A stretch of 64,000 nucleotides of DNA from the human T2T-CHM13v2.0 reference genome, Homo sapiens. The translations under genes were made by a program, and so were the position numbers. The first letter of the stretch is position 1. Each line of letters opens with the position of its first letter. The stretch lies in the NCBI RefSeq assembly GCF_009914755.1, contig NC_060932.1; one strand, given 5' to 3'. The notes below the pieces were generated by a model. The model worked only from the letters and a program-made list of their open reading frames with translations, ran no database searches and was not told the DNA's origin. Positions 28,495 to 42,119 of the stretch are shown here, piece by piece.

Positions 28495-29190
28495 TGTAAC
28501 CACCCAGTGGGTTCACCTTGCCCACTACCTAGACAGAGCCAATTTATCAAGACAGGGGAATTACAGTAGAGAAAAAGTAATTCACATAGAGCCTCTGTGC
28601 TGGAGACAGGAATTTTATTATTACTCAAATCAGTCTCCCCCAGCATTTGAGAATCAGAGGTTTTAAGGACAAGTTGGTGCGTGGGGGGAAGCCAGTGAGA
28701 CAGGAGATGAAATCATGGGAAGTAGAAGTTGTCCTCTTGTGCTGAGTCCATTCCTGGGTGGGGGCCACAAGATCAGATGAGCCAGTTTATCCATCTGGGT
28801 GGTGACAGCTGATCCAACAGCTGATACAAAAGTGCTGGGTCTACAAATATCTCAAGCACTGATCTAAGGAGCAGTCTAGGGAGGGTCAGAATCTTGTAGC
28901 TTCCAGCTGCATGACTCCTAAACCATATTGTCTAATCTTGTGGCTAATTTGTTAGTCCTACAAAGGTAGTCTAGTCCCCAGGAAAGAAGGAGGTTTGTTT
29001 TGGGAAAGGGCTACTATTACATTTGTTTCAAACCATACACTATAAACTCTATAAACTGAGTTCCTCCTAAAGTTAGTCCAGCCTATGCCCAGGAAGGAAC
29101 AAGGACAGCTTAAAGTTTAGAACAAAGACAGAGTCAGTTAGATTAGATCTCTTTCACTGTCTCAGTCATAATTTTGCAAAGGCTCTTTCA
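28495..29190 (-). mobile_element. LTR8 5' LTR
   Basis: Minus strand TGAAAGAGCCTTTGCAAAATTATGACTGAGACAGTGAAAGAGATCTAA...GGTGAACCCACTGGGTGGTTACA. Confidence 0.92.
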
Positions 29191-29477
29191 GCTGGTCAAG
29201 TTTTCTGGAGTGACAGAGGAACAGCAGCACAACTAGGGACAAAATCAGTGGGAAGCAATACTTTAGAGATGGCATATCAGAAAAACTTGAATTAAGAGAA
29301 TAGATATTTAATTTTATGTTGTCTTTTATGTCCCCAAAGTCTTTTTCCAGCAAAGCTCCTTTTGAGTTTCTAAAAGTTCCTTTCATTTTTTACCTATCTG
29401 TGTCCTCCTGTATTTATTAAAATGACAGTTTTCTTCAAATACTGGGTGGAGACAGCTGATAAGTTGATAAAATGTAA

Positions 29478-29518
29478 ACACACACACACACACACACACA
29501 TGCACGCACACACACACA
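29478..29518. repeat. (AC)n microsatellite
   Basis: Read directly from the sequence. Confidence 0.95.
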
Positions 29519-30269
29519 GAGATTTTTAACCTCCTTTATTTATACCCATCAATACTCATGAATTGACTGCTTGAAGTGGGGTCACTGGACTCTCACCATT
29601 TGGAAGGGCAACCAAATAATCATAAAATCTCAGAACTGTAAGAAAATACATATCTTATTAAGCCTCCATCATCAACTATATTTAATTCATGCCTTATTGC
29701 CACACTTCCATATATACTAATAGTCTGTTACATTTGGACTTGATAAGTTGTCATTAACTAACACCATTGGTATTTAGATAATGTCAGGCATAGTTTCCCT
29801 ATCTTTGAAATAATTTCATGGTTATGAGCCTAAAGGCTTTTTTTGACTGATGGGAGGAAATATTTAGGATGATAATAGAACATAGATAATGATACTTTTG
29901 TAGCATAAAGTACCAGAAATGACCTCCAAATCATTGTCTTGCACAGGAATTTTACTGTGAAATTGCCTCAATTAATTAAATTAGATCATACAATGTAACT
30001 AATTACAGCAATGTAGCTATTCATGAATTGATTACCTTTAGGAAATATTGAAACAAAGACAGCTAATTCAATTCTTAAAAAATCATCTTATATTTGAATT
30101 TTCCTATATCATACTGAAATTATTTAAGAACGAACAGGAAGTTTAGCTTGCTTTTATCTATTACTCAAAACAAAATAAAAATATATAATTTTGGAAGAAT
30201 AACAAGTTCCACCTTACAAGCAACAGCAAAAAAATGCATTAAAACTCAATGAAACTCCAAGCAGGATCA

Positions 30270-30783
30270 TGTGTTGGTTACTTTTATGTGTCATTTTGAA
30301 TGGCCACAGGGTGCCCAGATTTAACACTATTTCGGGTGTGTCTGTGAGGGTGTTCTTGGAAGAGATTAGCATTTGAATGGGTGGATTCAGTACGTAGACT
30401 TGACTCCTCAATGTGTGAAACTGGGCATCATCCAATCCATTGAGAGATTAAATAGAACAAAAGGTGGAGGATGGAGGAATTCTCTACTTTTGCTTCCTGC
30501 CTGCGTACTTGAATTGGGACATCTCCTCTCATCTTCTCTGGCTATCCAGGTTCTCAGACCTTTGTCCTTGGACTTAATCATACTGTCAGCTTTCCTGGGT
30601 TGCTGGTTTGCACACAGCAGATTTGGGGACTCCTCAGTCTCCATAATCACATGAGGCAATTTCTCATACACATATGTATATATGTGTGTGTGTGTGTATA
30701 TATATATCTCCTACTGATTTTGTGATAGATAGATAGATAGATAGAGATAGTAACATTTGTGTGGAAAAACTTTAACTAATACA
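30270..30783 (+). mobile_element. MLT2 (ERVL) solo LTR with internal (TG)/(TA)/(GATA) repeats
   Basis: TGTGTTGGTTACTTTTATGTGTCA...GGGTGTGTCTGTGAGGGTGTT...GGGCATCATCCAATCCATTGAG...ACTAATACA. Confidence 0.88.
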
Positions 30784-30956
30784 ACAATAAGACAAGATTA
30801 AAACCCTTCTCAGCTGATGATCAAGGGACTGAAAACAGGCAGATGATTGGGATACAGAAATCATTATGGTTGAGGGAGAGAAGATAAGGGAATAAGAGGG
30901 AAAGGAGAAACATCAAAAAGGAGCAGGGAGGTGGTAACAAGTGGAAGTACAGGGGG

Positions 30957-33073
30957 TGTTACAATAGTATCAAAAAGAAGTAAAATATTTAGACATGAAT
31001 TTAACCAAGAAGGTTATGTAACAAAGCAGATTAGCAGCTTAAACTGCTAAGCCTTAAACTGCATTCTTAAAATTTTCTTTTTCCTTTCCTCCTTTCTTCC
31101 CAGTTTCAAGATGTAGCTCTGAGATAAATTACACATGTGTTTTACAGCCTTGGATTGTTTTCTTTCCTCCACTCCCTTCCCTTTCCCACTTTATTCTCCT
31201 CATGCACATTTATCTACCTAGGTGTTTGTAAAGCACACACCATGCTCATGTACCTGGCCATATATTTTCTTAGAAGCTTCAGGGGTCAGATACTGTTATG
31301 GACCAGACACCTCCAGAATTTTTTCTACAACAAAAGGTTACTTCAAGGTGGGAACCCACTCCTGGCTACAGATTTACTGCAAGATTGACTGTGATTAATT
31401 TGTAACTTGATGGGGCCCACAATGGCATCGGCCCCTTCACTAGATGGAAAAATATTTCAAGATGAACCACTGGAGCAAGTCACCCTGCCTGGCACCTACT
31501 ACCCACCTCCACAACCTCTTCTGCATTTCAAACTCTCCATTTAAAAACCCCTGTCTTTCCTCCACCAACTGAAGAGAGAAAATTTTTTCTACCCACTCTG
31601 ACCCTTGCTAGTGTGGATAATAAAGTCTCCTCTTTTTATCATATCTCATTATTATTTTAGCTCCTTTTACAAGCAGCGAGCAGCTGGACCATTTTCCCAG
31701 TCACAGTGTAGGATCTGTCCTCTATAAACTATGGAATAATTGATGAAAGAAATTGAACAAATACACACCAAATAATTGGAAAGATACCCATGTTCATGGA
31801 TTGGAAGAATATCCATACTACCTAAAGCAATCTACAGGTAGAGATTCACTGCAATCTTTACCAAAACTCCAATGACAATTTTTTCACAGAAAAAAAAAAA
31901 AAAAAATCCTAAAATTCTTGTGGGACCACAAAAGATCCTGAATAGCCAAAGCAATCTTGAGCAAAAAAAAAAAAAAGCAAAGCCAGAGGCATGACACTAC
32001 CTGATTTTAAAATCTACCACAAATTTATAGTAACCAAAACAGCATGGTCATGACATTAAAAACAGATACATAGAGCAATGACACAGAATAGGGATCCCAG
32101 AAATATATACATGCATTTACAGTCAAGTGATTTTCAACAAAGATATCAAAAACACAACAGGGTAAGGAAAGTCTCTTTAATAAATGATGTTGGGAAACTG
32201 GATATTGTATGCAGAAAAATGAAATTGGACCCTTATTTTGCATTAAACACAGGAATCAACTCAAAATTAATTAAAAAATTAAACATAAAACCTGAAACTG
32301 TAAAACTACTAGAGGAATGCATGATAAAAGCTTTGTAACATTGATCTGGGCAAATATATTTTTGGATACGACCCCAGAAGCACAAGCAACAAAAACAAAA
32401 ACAGACAAACAGGATTATATCAAGCTAAAAAACTTCCTACACAGCAAAGGAAACAGCTAACAATCAACAGTCAATAGATTAAAGAGACAACCTACAGAAT
32501 AGATGAAAACACTTGCCAAGAATACATCTAGTAAGTAGTTAATATCTGACATATATAAGAAATGCAAACAATTCAATAGGAAGGAAACAAATAACATGAT
32601 TTTAAAATAGACAAAGGACTGAATAGACATTTCTCAAAAGGAGACACACAAATGACCAACAACCTTATGAAAAACATGCTTAACTTGACTAATCATCTGG
32701 GAAATGCAAATTACATCACAATGAGACATCACCTCATAACACCTCATAACCGTGAGAACGGCTACCATCAAAAAGACAAAAGATAGCAAGTGTCGGGAAA
32801 GATGTGGAAAAAGGTAACACTTGTTCACTGTTGGTGGGAATGTAAGTTAGTATAGATTTTATGGAATATAGTACAGAAGTTCCTCAAAATATTTAAAAAA
32901 ATGGAACTACCATATGATCCAGCAATCTCACTTTTGGTTGTATACACAAGAGAAATGAAATCAGAATCTGAAAGAGACATCTGTACTCTCTTGTCCATCA
33001 CAGCATGGTCCTTAAGCGCCAAGATAAGGAATCCACCTAAGTGTCTATCACTGGATAAATGGATAAATAAAAT

Positions 33074-33113
<40 letters not shown>

Positions 33114-33666
33114 ATGCATACACATTGTAATATGTTCAGCCTTAAACAAGAAAAAAAAATCCTCCCATTTTTAAAAACATAAATGAATCTGAAGGATATT
33201 ATGCCAATTAAAATTAAGCCAGCCACAGAAAGACAAATAGTGCATGATCTCACTTATATGTATAATCTAAAAAGGTTGAGCTCCTAGAATTAGAGAGTTG
33301 AGTGGGGCTTCCCAGGGCATGAGACTGAGAAGGATGAGGAGATGTTGTTCAAAGAGTACAAAGTTTGAGCTATGCAAAATGAATAATTTCTAATTATTAT
33401 ACAGCATGGCAACTGTAATTAATAATAATGTATCATATACCTGAAAATTACTAAGAGATTAGATCTTAATTTTTCTCACTACAAAACAACAATGATAACT
33501 ATGTGAGGGGATATATATGCTAATTCACTTTATATGATCACTTTACAATGTATACATATACCAAAATATCACCTTGTACACTGCCAATATCCTCAGATAC
33601 TGTCAATATATACAATTTCACCTGTCCATTATATTTTAATAAAGCTGAAGTGGGGAGAAAAAAAAG
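30957..33666 (+). mobile_element. L1MA7-9-like, 5'-truncated, interrupted by an LTR
   Basis: Decayed ORF2 (MELPYDPAISLL...); 3'UTR GATAACTATGTGAGG...AATAAAGCTG. TTTAACCAAGAAGGT resumes as GTGTAGGATCTGT after the LTR. Confidence 0.85.
31017..31705 (+). mobile_element. ERV1 MER4-group solo LTR (subfamily not resolved)
   Basis: TGTAACA...TTTAAAAACCCCTG (TATA-like)...AATAAAGTC...CAAGCAGCGAGCAGCTGGACC...GTCACA; cleanly splits L1 ORF2. Confidence 0.75.
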
Positions 33667-35902
33667 TAAGATCAAGAAAACAAAGGATGGGGGAAAATAA
33701 TATAAGTTGTAGTAGAAGAAGGGAATAAGAGGAAAAGATGGAGAGAAGAAACATTTAAATACAGCATGTGAGAACAGAGGAAGAAAAGAGGAAAATTAAT
33801 ATAAGAGAAAGATAAAATAAAAATGCAACCTGAAGAGAAAGGTGAAATGGAAATAAAAATAAAAGAGAAAGCTAGGATCCAAATTCAGTAGATGAAGAGA
33901 AGCCTATGCTGATGTATCTTGGAAAGCTTCTTAAAAAAAAATAAACCTTATATTCTTCTAGCCTGAAATTATTATGAAGATTGTAGACATTATAATAAAT
34001 CAATATGACAAGTTTGATCAGCCTTGACTTCCTGTGATAAGTGCCCACCTCTATGAATGTGTCCTAAGTGGGTTATAGTAAACATACAGAAGAATGTTAC
34101 CATTGTTTTCTACAGCCTTCAATTCACAAACCTAAAATGACTGAACATTTGAACCTCACTATGTCATTCTTTAAACGACAGAGGAAGCAAGTAAGATTAT
34201 AAATGGAATAGGCTGTTACTGAAGAACAGTATCCTCACCCTTAAGTGACTAACTCTTCTACAGAAGAGGGTACCATTGAGTTTTCTGGAAGCTGTCACTT
34301 AAATGATGCCCTCAGCATGCTACTTTACATCTAATTAATATGCACTTTACCCTCTGAAAAACTTACTTGCCTTGTTCAGCATTTGCCAGAGTGACATTTC
34401 TTTTTAACAGTGAAATCTTACCCACATAATCAAATGTCCTCTTCAGGGTCATGCTACATAGATGAGCATGGCATGTCCCTTCCAAGGTTTTAGAATTAAT
34501 TTGTATTAATTTGGCTCATGACACATACCAACTATTTAGTCTTAATTACAGGAAATGGATCATCTAATTCAACTGGACAGGTTTCAATGATGGCTTTAAA
34601 ATTCTTTCTTTCTATCATATCCATATGCCCAAATGTCACAGATTTTATCAAATAAACCCTAGAAACAGTGTTTTTTCTCCTGCATTCAGGGTTTGAATAC
34701 CATCCATTGCTTTCTGGCTGCTTTTAAATGAGACTTACTTCTGATCTGCAAAATCTCAGACAGGCCATCTGCTTCTGTTAGAGGGCACAATCTTTCAAGT
34801 TTATTCTATTGCTTCCTGAATACAACAGCAGTGAAAATCTCCCTAAACGGTTAATGTAGGGAATGGTGATTTTAGTGTTTAAAAATGTATCCTAGTTAGA
34901 AGACTGAGTTAAAACTCTTTAAAATATTTTTTTAAAAATTAATGGTCTCGAATTGTGGAATTAAGAATTGAAGATTGCTTTTTTTCTTTCCATCAGTTTT
35001 TCACAGAAGTGATTGTCTTTAAAAGGTGTTGTGTTTAGATCTGATTAAGCTATATGTCCTATTAAATAAATTGGCCCTATATGTTATATATTTGGTCATA
35101 AAAGGATGCCTGTTATACATTAATCAAAGATTTGTCAGCAACATAACTAAAAATGACAGTTGCAGAGAAAAATATTATTACACTGTTAACTTCTTGAATA
35201 TTCTCTAATTAGATTTAGTGAGAAAATATTTATTTACATTATTTGCAAGAATGAATTGAATTTCAAGTTGACTTTTTACCCATTCCTTGACCTCATTATT
35301 ACCCTTTCATTCTTTATCTCTCTGTCTTTAAAATGTAAATGTAAACTGTGTTTATGGAATATACAAATTGAATATTACATTATTTTTATTTCTATCATAT
35401 GTATGTTAAATTATATGTCAATAGATATCAATGTATGTATCATTCAAATTATAGTAAAATTTGCTAAACATACTCTTCATCAAATTTCTAAGAAGACTTG
35501 TTTATTTGGGTTTTGGAGGAAATTTATAGACAGGAATTTCTATCAAATTATTTCCACCACTTTTAAAAATAGTTTTGCCATATGGAGGTGAATTTCACAA
35601 CTCTTATGTTTTTAGAAGAAGCATTGTTATACTGAAGTGTAATAATTCCTCTCTTTGTTCTTACCCTGGACTTGGACCTCCTTCAGGGAATGAGTAGTGT
35701 TTTGGCCATTTCTGTTCAATCATCACCTAGCGCAGAACCCAACATGTATTAGGACTTACTACACACCTACTAATAAGTGTTAAATAAACAGAAACCACTA
35801 TTGTCATCCTGTGTCTAAGTGGACACAGACACAATTGAATGGTGCACTTGGGATAAATATAATTTAATTTTGAACTCTAAATACATTGAGAATAAAACAA
35901 AG

Positions 35903-36056
35903 GAGGGCTTCTTAAACTTTCATGTGCATTGGAATTATCTGTGTGATCTGCTCATTCTGATTCAGGAGGAATAAAGAATAGCCCAGGAATTTTTATTTCT
36001 AACGAAGTTCAAGGTAATACAGCAGCTGCTCGGAGAATCATACTTGGTGTAGCAAG
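35903..36056. mobile_element. MER5-family hAT MITE
   Basis: GCTTCTTAAACTTTCATGTGCATTGGAATTATCTG...ATTCTGATTCAG...GCCCAGGAATTTTTATTTCTAAC. Confidence 0.65.
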
Positions 36057-37261
36057 TCACCAAACTATACATGTAATTATATTTAAAACTATATTTACTT
36101 AGCTGAAACATTCATTTCCTCTATAAAGAATCTGAGCCACTATATACTTTAAATATTTATTTTTTTCAAGGTTCTTAAGTTCTAAATAACTTTATTAACA
36201 AAACTCTCATATGTAATCAAGTACCATATACCATGTAAATACGAATGAAGGAGGGTATGACTGGATTTGAAGTTAACACTCAATTCCAGCAAGCTTCATT
36301 TCGGATTGCTATTATATTTGCTATATTTATGGTGTTACAAGATAGAGCTGCCCATTTTTTCAAGATGGTTAGAAACTGAGCCAGCTTCTCCACAGTCAAA
36401 AATGATACACCAGATCTTATCCGAGAATAAGTTAATGAATCCCATTAAGATAATTTAGTGAAGGTTAGGGTGACTACTTGTGTGGTTATTCCAAACAAAG
36501 TAATAGGATAGAAAATGTAAACGGTTTGTTTTTTGCTGAGATTATATTTTAGCTTGTCTTTGAAATGTGAACAGCTATTTAGAGCATAATCAATTTGCTT
36601 CAGAGACACCTATTCAGATTAATCACCATAAACTCCACATTTGAATACTTTTCCATTTAATAAGGCCATGATATAATCACCTGCTTATCTTATGACCAGA
36701 TATGTAAACAAATGGGAAAAATTGAAATACAGTGACATTTATTTTGATTAAATAAAATAGTGTAAATTAGTACTAAGAACATTTATACGATCAAAATTTA
36801 TCATTTAATATAGAAAAACTGGTTTTACTTCTTTCAGTATAGGGACAGAAATGTATAAGAAAAGCCTTCTTCTTATCTTTAGTCAAAGGGAACTTCACAC
36901 AGTATGCAAGACATCTGCAGTTTATTCAATTACCTTACCTTTCTGTAATGGTAGGATAATTCTCTATAACGTATTTCTAGAATTTCTTACATGTTCTATT
37001 TTTCCATTCATAACTGAATACAAAAGACAAGTTAGGCCCAATAAGCATCTCATTAAGGCATAACACTCAGTACTTTGAACATGCCTATTGATTTCTATAA
37101 CCTTAATTGCTGTATTACAAATACAAACTTTTTCAACATATATTTTTATAAGATAAAAGGAGCAAAATATAATATTCAAGTGCTTATACAAAAACATATG
37201 CTTATGCCAATGGAAAAACAACACTGATAAAAATTGAAATATTGTTTGGCAGACAGCACAG

Positions 37262-37402
37262 GGAATGACTGAGCCCTGATACATGAAACTCACATTGAGC
37301 ACAGGAAGGTGAGTTAAGAGGCATTCCATTTACATGGAATGACTGAGAACTAATTGATACATTAAATTCACCTTGAGCATAGGAAGGTGAGTTAAGAGGT
37401 AT
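37262..37402. repeat. Two-copy tandem duplication, period about 74-78 bp
   Basis: GGAATGACTGAG...TGATACAT..AA.TCAC.TTGAGCA.AGGAAGGTGAGTTAAGAGG occurs twice. Confidence 0.9.
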
Positions 37403-39761
37403 CTGGTGTATCATTTTTGTTGAAAACTTGCTCGTTATACTACCTTCTTATTTTTGTTTTATGAAAATGGAGTATATGAAATGTGGGAATCATATCTAAG
37501 TATCTATGAAAACAAAAGCCTAAATACATTCTCTAGAAAATTACACAAATATTGATATTTGATTTTGAAGGGGCTATAAGTGAGGTTCTTTTTTTCCAAT
37601 AGTTCATCAACGACCTATTTCATGCTTCCTCTAAAATAGAGTAGTGCCTCGTGATACATCACACTAGCCATTAAAACTATGCCATTTAATGAGAGTGACA
37701 TCAAAATTTGTTTGTTTTAAATGAGCCATAATTGATAAGTTGGACTGGACTACAAATTTTTTAAAAACAGTTTTTTACCACTAAGATTAAGAAAATAAAT
37801 TCTGCTTTATGTCCATTAATGTTTACATTATTGTATGTCTGTAGTCCAATGCATCAGAATTATTAGGATTCTTTTCACATTATCAAAACCAAATATAATG
37901 CAATAAAAATGGGAAAAGCTTTTTTTTTTTTCAAAATAATACAAAACCATAAAAAATGTTAGCTCTCCAGATGAAGTTAGTGGCAACACTGATTGGGTAT
38001 CGATTTGTTTTGCCCTAAATTGGTGAAGGGGGTTTGAAATGAGGGAGAATTTGAATAACAAATTATTAACAGATTTTATTAATATATTTTGCTTCTAAAA
38101 GCAGGCAAGTTCTTAGTAAATCATGTTCAGAGAAAGCTATTTGTTGAGGGTGTGTACGTGTGTGTATGTGTGTGTTAACACTTAATTAGGTTGTACATTC
38201 AGCAAAACTTGACAAAACGACTTTTGAGCAAAATAACTATATGTAAGGAGAATAAATTCTCAATATCTAGGGCACAAAAACTGAGCCCTAGATTTACCTC
38301 ACTCTTTTAAGAACTCTATGGAGTTGTAGTCACTAGAAAATGCAGGCTAGTGAAGGTTAATCTGCAAGTGGAATAAAAAACTTGCTGAGCAGTGGAGAAT
38401 GAAGTGTTTCCCAGCCAGTGTCAGAGAACAGAAGTACAGAGAAATGGCTCCCGACACAAGGACTTAGAGCAAGGACCTGGTGGAGTGCACATAGAGGGGA
38501 TGTAATCTGCTGATTCTTGGAAAAGAGCAGTAAGCCAATCACTGAAAAGGAGCTGAATATTAAACATTCGAATAACTTGGATATACCAGGAGCATGGGCA
38601 GCAAAATGGCTTTTGAAATTCAATAAAAATTGAATGGTAAAAGAAAGCTAATGAAGCTTGGGACATAAAAAGAACATAGGAATCTTCTTTCAATGGCAAT
38701 ATTACCCATTTTACAAAGTAGAAGCTTTAAAAACCAGACCAAAATGCATAGTGGAGTCTTACAGCACACATTTATTATGTTTTGCCCTTTATGACTCATA
38801 CTTGTCTTCACTCAACATGCCCTACACCCCACCCTGAGAACTTCTGATTATGGGCCTTGTATTAAAAAATAAGTGGTAAACATTTTAACTTCAATTAGAT
38901 AAAATAGAAATAATGACACAAATTAAATTACAGTAAGATGTCAGAGAATGCATAAATATGTTGAGAAATGTGTTACAAACCCATGTTTACAAAAAGACTT
39001 TCATAAGAGATCAGAGATTTCAGGGCCTGGACTCAAAGCCAATTAGAACAATCATTTGATTGAACATTTGATTCATTTAAATTGATTAATATATGCAAAT
39101 AAATGATTTAAATGTATTTTGTTTTTCACTCAGTGCTTCAATATTTGAATTGATATAATTAAAAATTTTTAACCATTTTGAAAAGCCAGTCAGAAACTCA
39201 AAATCAATTAAATATTTTAAAACTCTTTTGTTCAATTAATAAGAAAATTTATTAGCCAAATTTTAGACTACAGTTATCTACTGTTAAAAATAAATAAAAA
39301 TAAGTAAATAGGAAATATATTCCCATGAAAGAGCCAAATGCATTCACTAATACACAATTGTATAAATGAAAATTAAAATATAAAGGTGGCCAAACCTCCC
39401 AACTTGATCTGTCAATTTACTCAGTTATCATATAGGAAAGTAACTATGAGGGATCACAATTTAGACGCCCTATTGATCGTTAAAAGTCTAATAAATATTA
39501 AATGTAGTACTAATTAAAAGTAAGTAAAACTGAACTGAGAACTTTACAATTTCTTTATTTTAGTCAATGTTTTTATGACCTGCTAGTTTTTTTATAATTT
39601 GAGATAATTATGTCTTCAAACAATGTTTTATATTTACTACCCAACAGCTGCTCTTCCTAACCAATTAACACATACACAAGTACACAGACTATAACTTAAC
39701 TTAAATTTAAACCCATTCACTGAGACTAACAATCTCTGAACTTTTAAACTACATATCATCT

Positions 39762-40090
<329 letters not shown>

Positions 40091-40314
40091 CTAAGTATCA
40101 TTTGTAAGACTTTTTGTCCAATAGCCAAAGTATGTACAAATTTATGTTATCAGTTTTTATATATGCATATATATCTGTCCTATTCTACTAAAATCATGTC
40201 CACTACACAACATAACAGCTAAAAACAAATTAAAATGAAAAGGGATTTTAATAAAAAGGAGTTACAATTTTCTTCCCATAAGTAATAGTACCACCTCTCT
40301 TATCCTCTAAAATA

Positions 40315-40660
40315 AAGGTTCTTCAAATGTGGCTCAGCATTAGCACCTGGAAACTTGTTAGAAATACATGTTTTCAGGTCTCATTACAGGGCTATTAAAT
40401 CAGAATCATGGAGTGTGCAGCCCAGCAATCTGTGTTTTAACAAGCCATCCAGGCCGGGCGCAGTGGCTCATGCCTGTAATCCCAGCTTTTAGGGAGGCAG
40501 AGGTGAGAGAACAGCTTGAGCTCAGGTGCTCAAGACCTGCCTGGGCAGTATAGAGAGAACCCATTCTCCACAAAAAGGTAAAAAAAAAAAGACAAAAAAA
40601 AAAAAATAAGTGGAAAAACCATCCATATATGATGGCTACTAAACTCTGAAAACAACTGAT
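40315..40660. mobile_element. MER5A split by the BC200 retrocopy
   Basis: TTCTTCAAATGTGG...CACCTGGAAACTTGTTAGAAAT...CCCAGCAATCTGTGTTTTAACAAGCCATCCA, with the remainder ending TGAAAACAACTG. Confidence 0.75.
40452..40612 (+). pseudogene. BCYRN1: BC200 RNA retropseudogene (a copy of BCYRN1, not the gene itself)
   Basis: Monomeric Alu domain with BC200-specific features: CCCAGCTTTTAGGGAGG, AGCTTGAG, GACCTGCCTGGGCAGTATAG, CCATTCTCCACAAAAAGG, and the A-rich domain A(n)GACA(n)TAAGTG (BC200 has ...GACAAAAAAAAAATAAGCG). TSD core CCATCCA. Confidence 0.9.
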
Positions 40661-40669
40661 CTATACTCT

Positions 40670-41345
40670 CATATCTCCATACCCCAGTTAATTGCTTTTG
40701 TTCTCCTGCAATCAAAATAGATAATAAAAAAAAAAGGATAATGAATTCAACCAAGTCCTGCAGCACTACCACCCTATTTCAAGTCATCTTCATCTGTTCC
40801 CTAAACTGAACCTATAAACAGGTTCCCCCACCTACACCCATTCTCTACACAGCTGCCACAATGATCTTGCCAAAACAGAATTTAGATTGTCTCTTTTTTG
40901 GTGGTTCCTATCATACTTAAAATAAATTCCTATAGAGGCATGTTATCTGGCTGTTCCTTGCCACCCATTCTCATTTCTGACCACTCTCCTGTTCCCTATG
41001 CCTGAAATACTTGTCTGAAAGATATCTTCATGGCTTTACTTCTTTATCGTATTCGTAACTTTGTTCAAACGCCCCTTGCATTTAATGATCATGCTCTAAA
41101 ATAGCAGACACTCTAACCCTCTGAAGAGCTGTCTATATTGTCTCCCTTCTTAACTCCTTCTTAACTTTTGGATAGTAGTTATCATTACCTGGAATTATAT
41201 GTCCCTTTGTTTATTTTTCTTTCTGTCTATTAGAATGTAAGCTCCATGAGAGCAGAGACTTGTTTTTCATTGTATCTTCAGTATCTCTGCAGAACACATG
41301 GTAGATTCTCAATAAATATATGTTGAATGAATAAATATATGAATG
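40670..41345 (+). mobile_element. L2a 3' portion
   Basis: CCATTCTCTACACAGCTGCCA...TAGAATGTAAGCTCCATGAGAGCAGAGACTTGT...CTCAATAAATATATGTTGAATGAATAAAT. Confidence 0.85.
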
Positions 41346-41466
41346 GAAAATAATATACTGTTTAGTGTTTATATGCCTGTCCATATCTTGCATTGCCTGT
41401 GAAATCAAACTCCTATACATACTAATATAAACAAATAAATGATATCTCTAGTTCTAAGGATACGGG

Positions 41467-41700
41467 TAATAATAGCTAACATGCAGATTGCTTACTATAT
41501 GCCAGCATTGTTTTATAGCTTTTTATATATTAATTCATTTAATCCCTACAACTCTACAATCCAGGCAATATTTAGATTACTATTTTATAGATGACGAAAG
41601 AGAGATTGAATAATCTGTCCATGGTCACACAGCCATTTAGTGATGGAACTGAAATTCAAACGTTGGCAGGTCATGCCCATAACTACTATATAGCACTGTC
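41467..41700 (-). mobile_element. MIR
   Basis: TAATAATAGCTAACAT...TAATTCATTTAATCC...ATTTTATAGATGACGAAA...GGTCACACAGC. Confidence 0.85.
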
Positions 41701-41894
41701 TTTTTCTGAAATGACAGCAGAGTTTAATAAGACTATTTGGAAATTTGTTCAATAATCAGAAGAAGCTTTAAAGCAGCCAGAAGTTCTAGCAAGTCTGTGA
41801 ATTTTGCAGTATTTAAAGAGCCAGAAATATCCTCTGGATATTCCCAAGAGCTGTGCTTTATACTCCTTCTATGCGTGAGATAATTATTATCAAA

Positions 41895-42079
41895 TAGAGA
41901 CATCTTGAGCACACCTAGTATTCAGATCTTGGTTTCTAATACTATTCTCCAATAAAAACACTTAGGGATTCTTGAAGAAATGGTTGATGCTAGGACTGGT
42001 ACAAGAAGCATACTAAGCCTGGAACATCTCATAGTGTCAGCAGCTAAGAAAGAGCTGGCATACACTTCAACATGCAGGC

Positions 42080-42119
<40 letters not shown>

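Larger units (their letters stand above)
21699..29190 (-). mobile_element. Complete LTR8/HUERS-P1-type ERV1 (MER4 group) provirus, non-coding
   Basis: Two LTRs of about 695 bp in the same orientation, a tRNA-Pro PBS, a purine tract before the 3' LTR and 4-bp flanks GTTG/GCTG. The 6.1-kb interior has no ORF above about 80 aa. Confidence 0.9.

Noticed and set aside
35256-35591. Hydrophobic short ORFs in AT-rich unique DNA (also 36964-37329 and 59035-59307)
   Set aside because: Their I/F/L/K/Y-rich composition is expected from AT-rich non-coding sequence, with no domains or exon structure.
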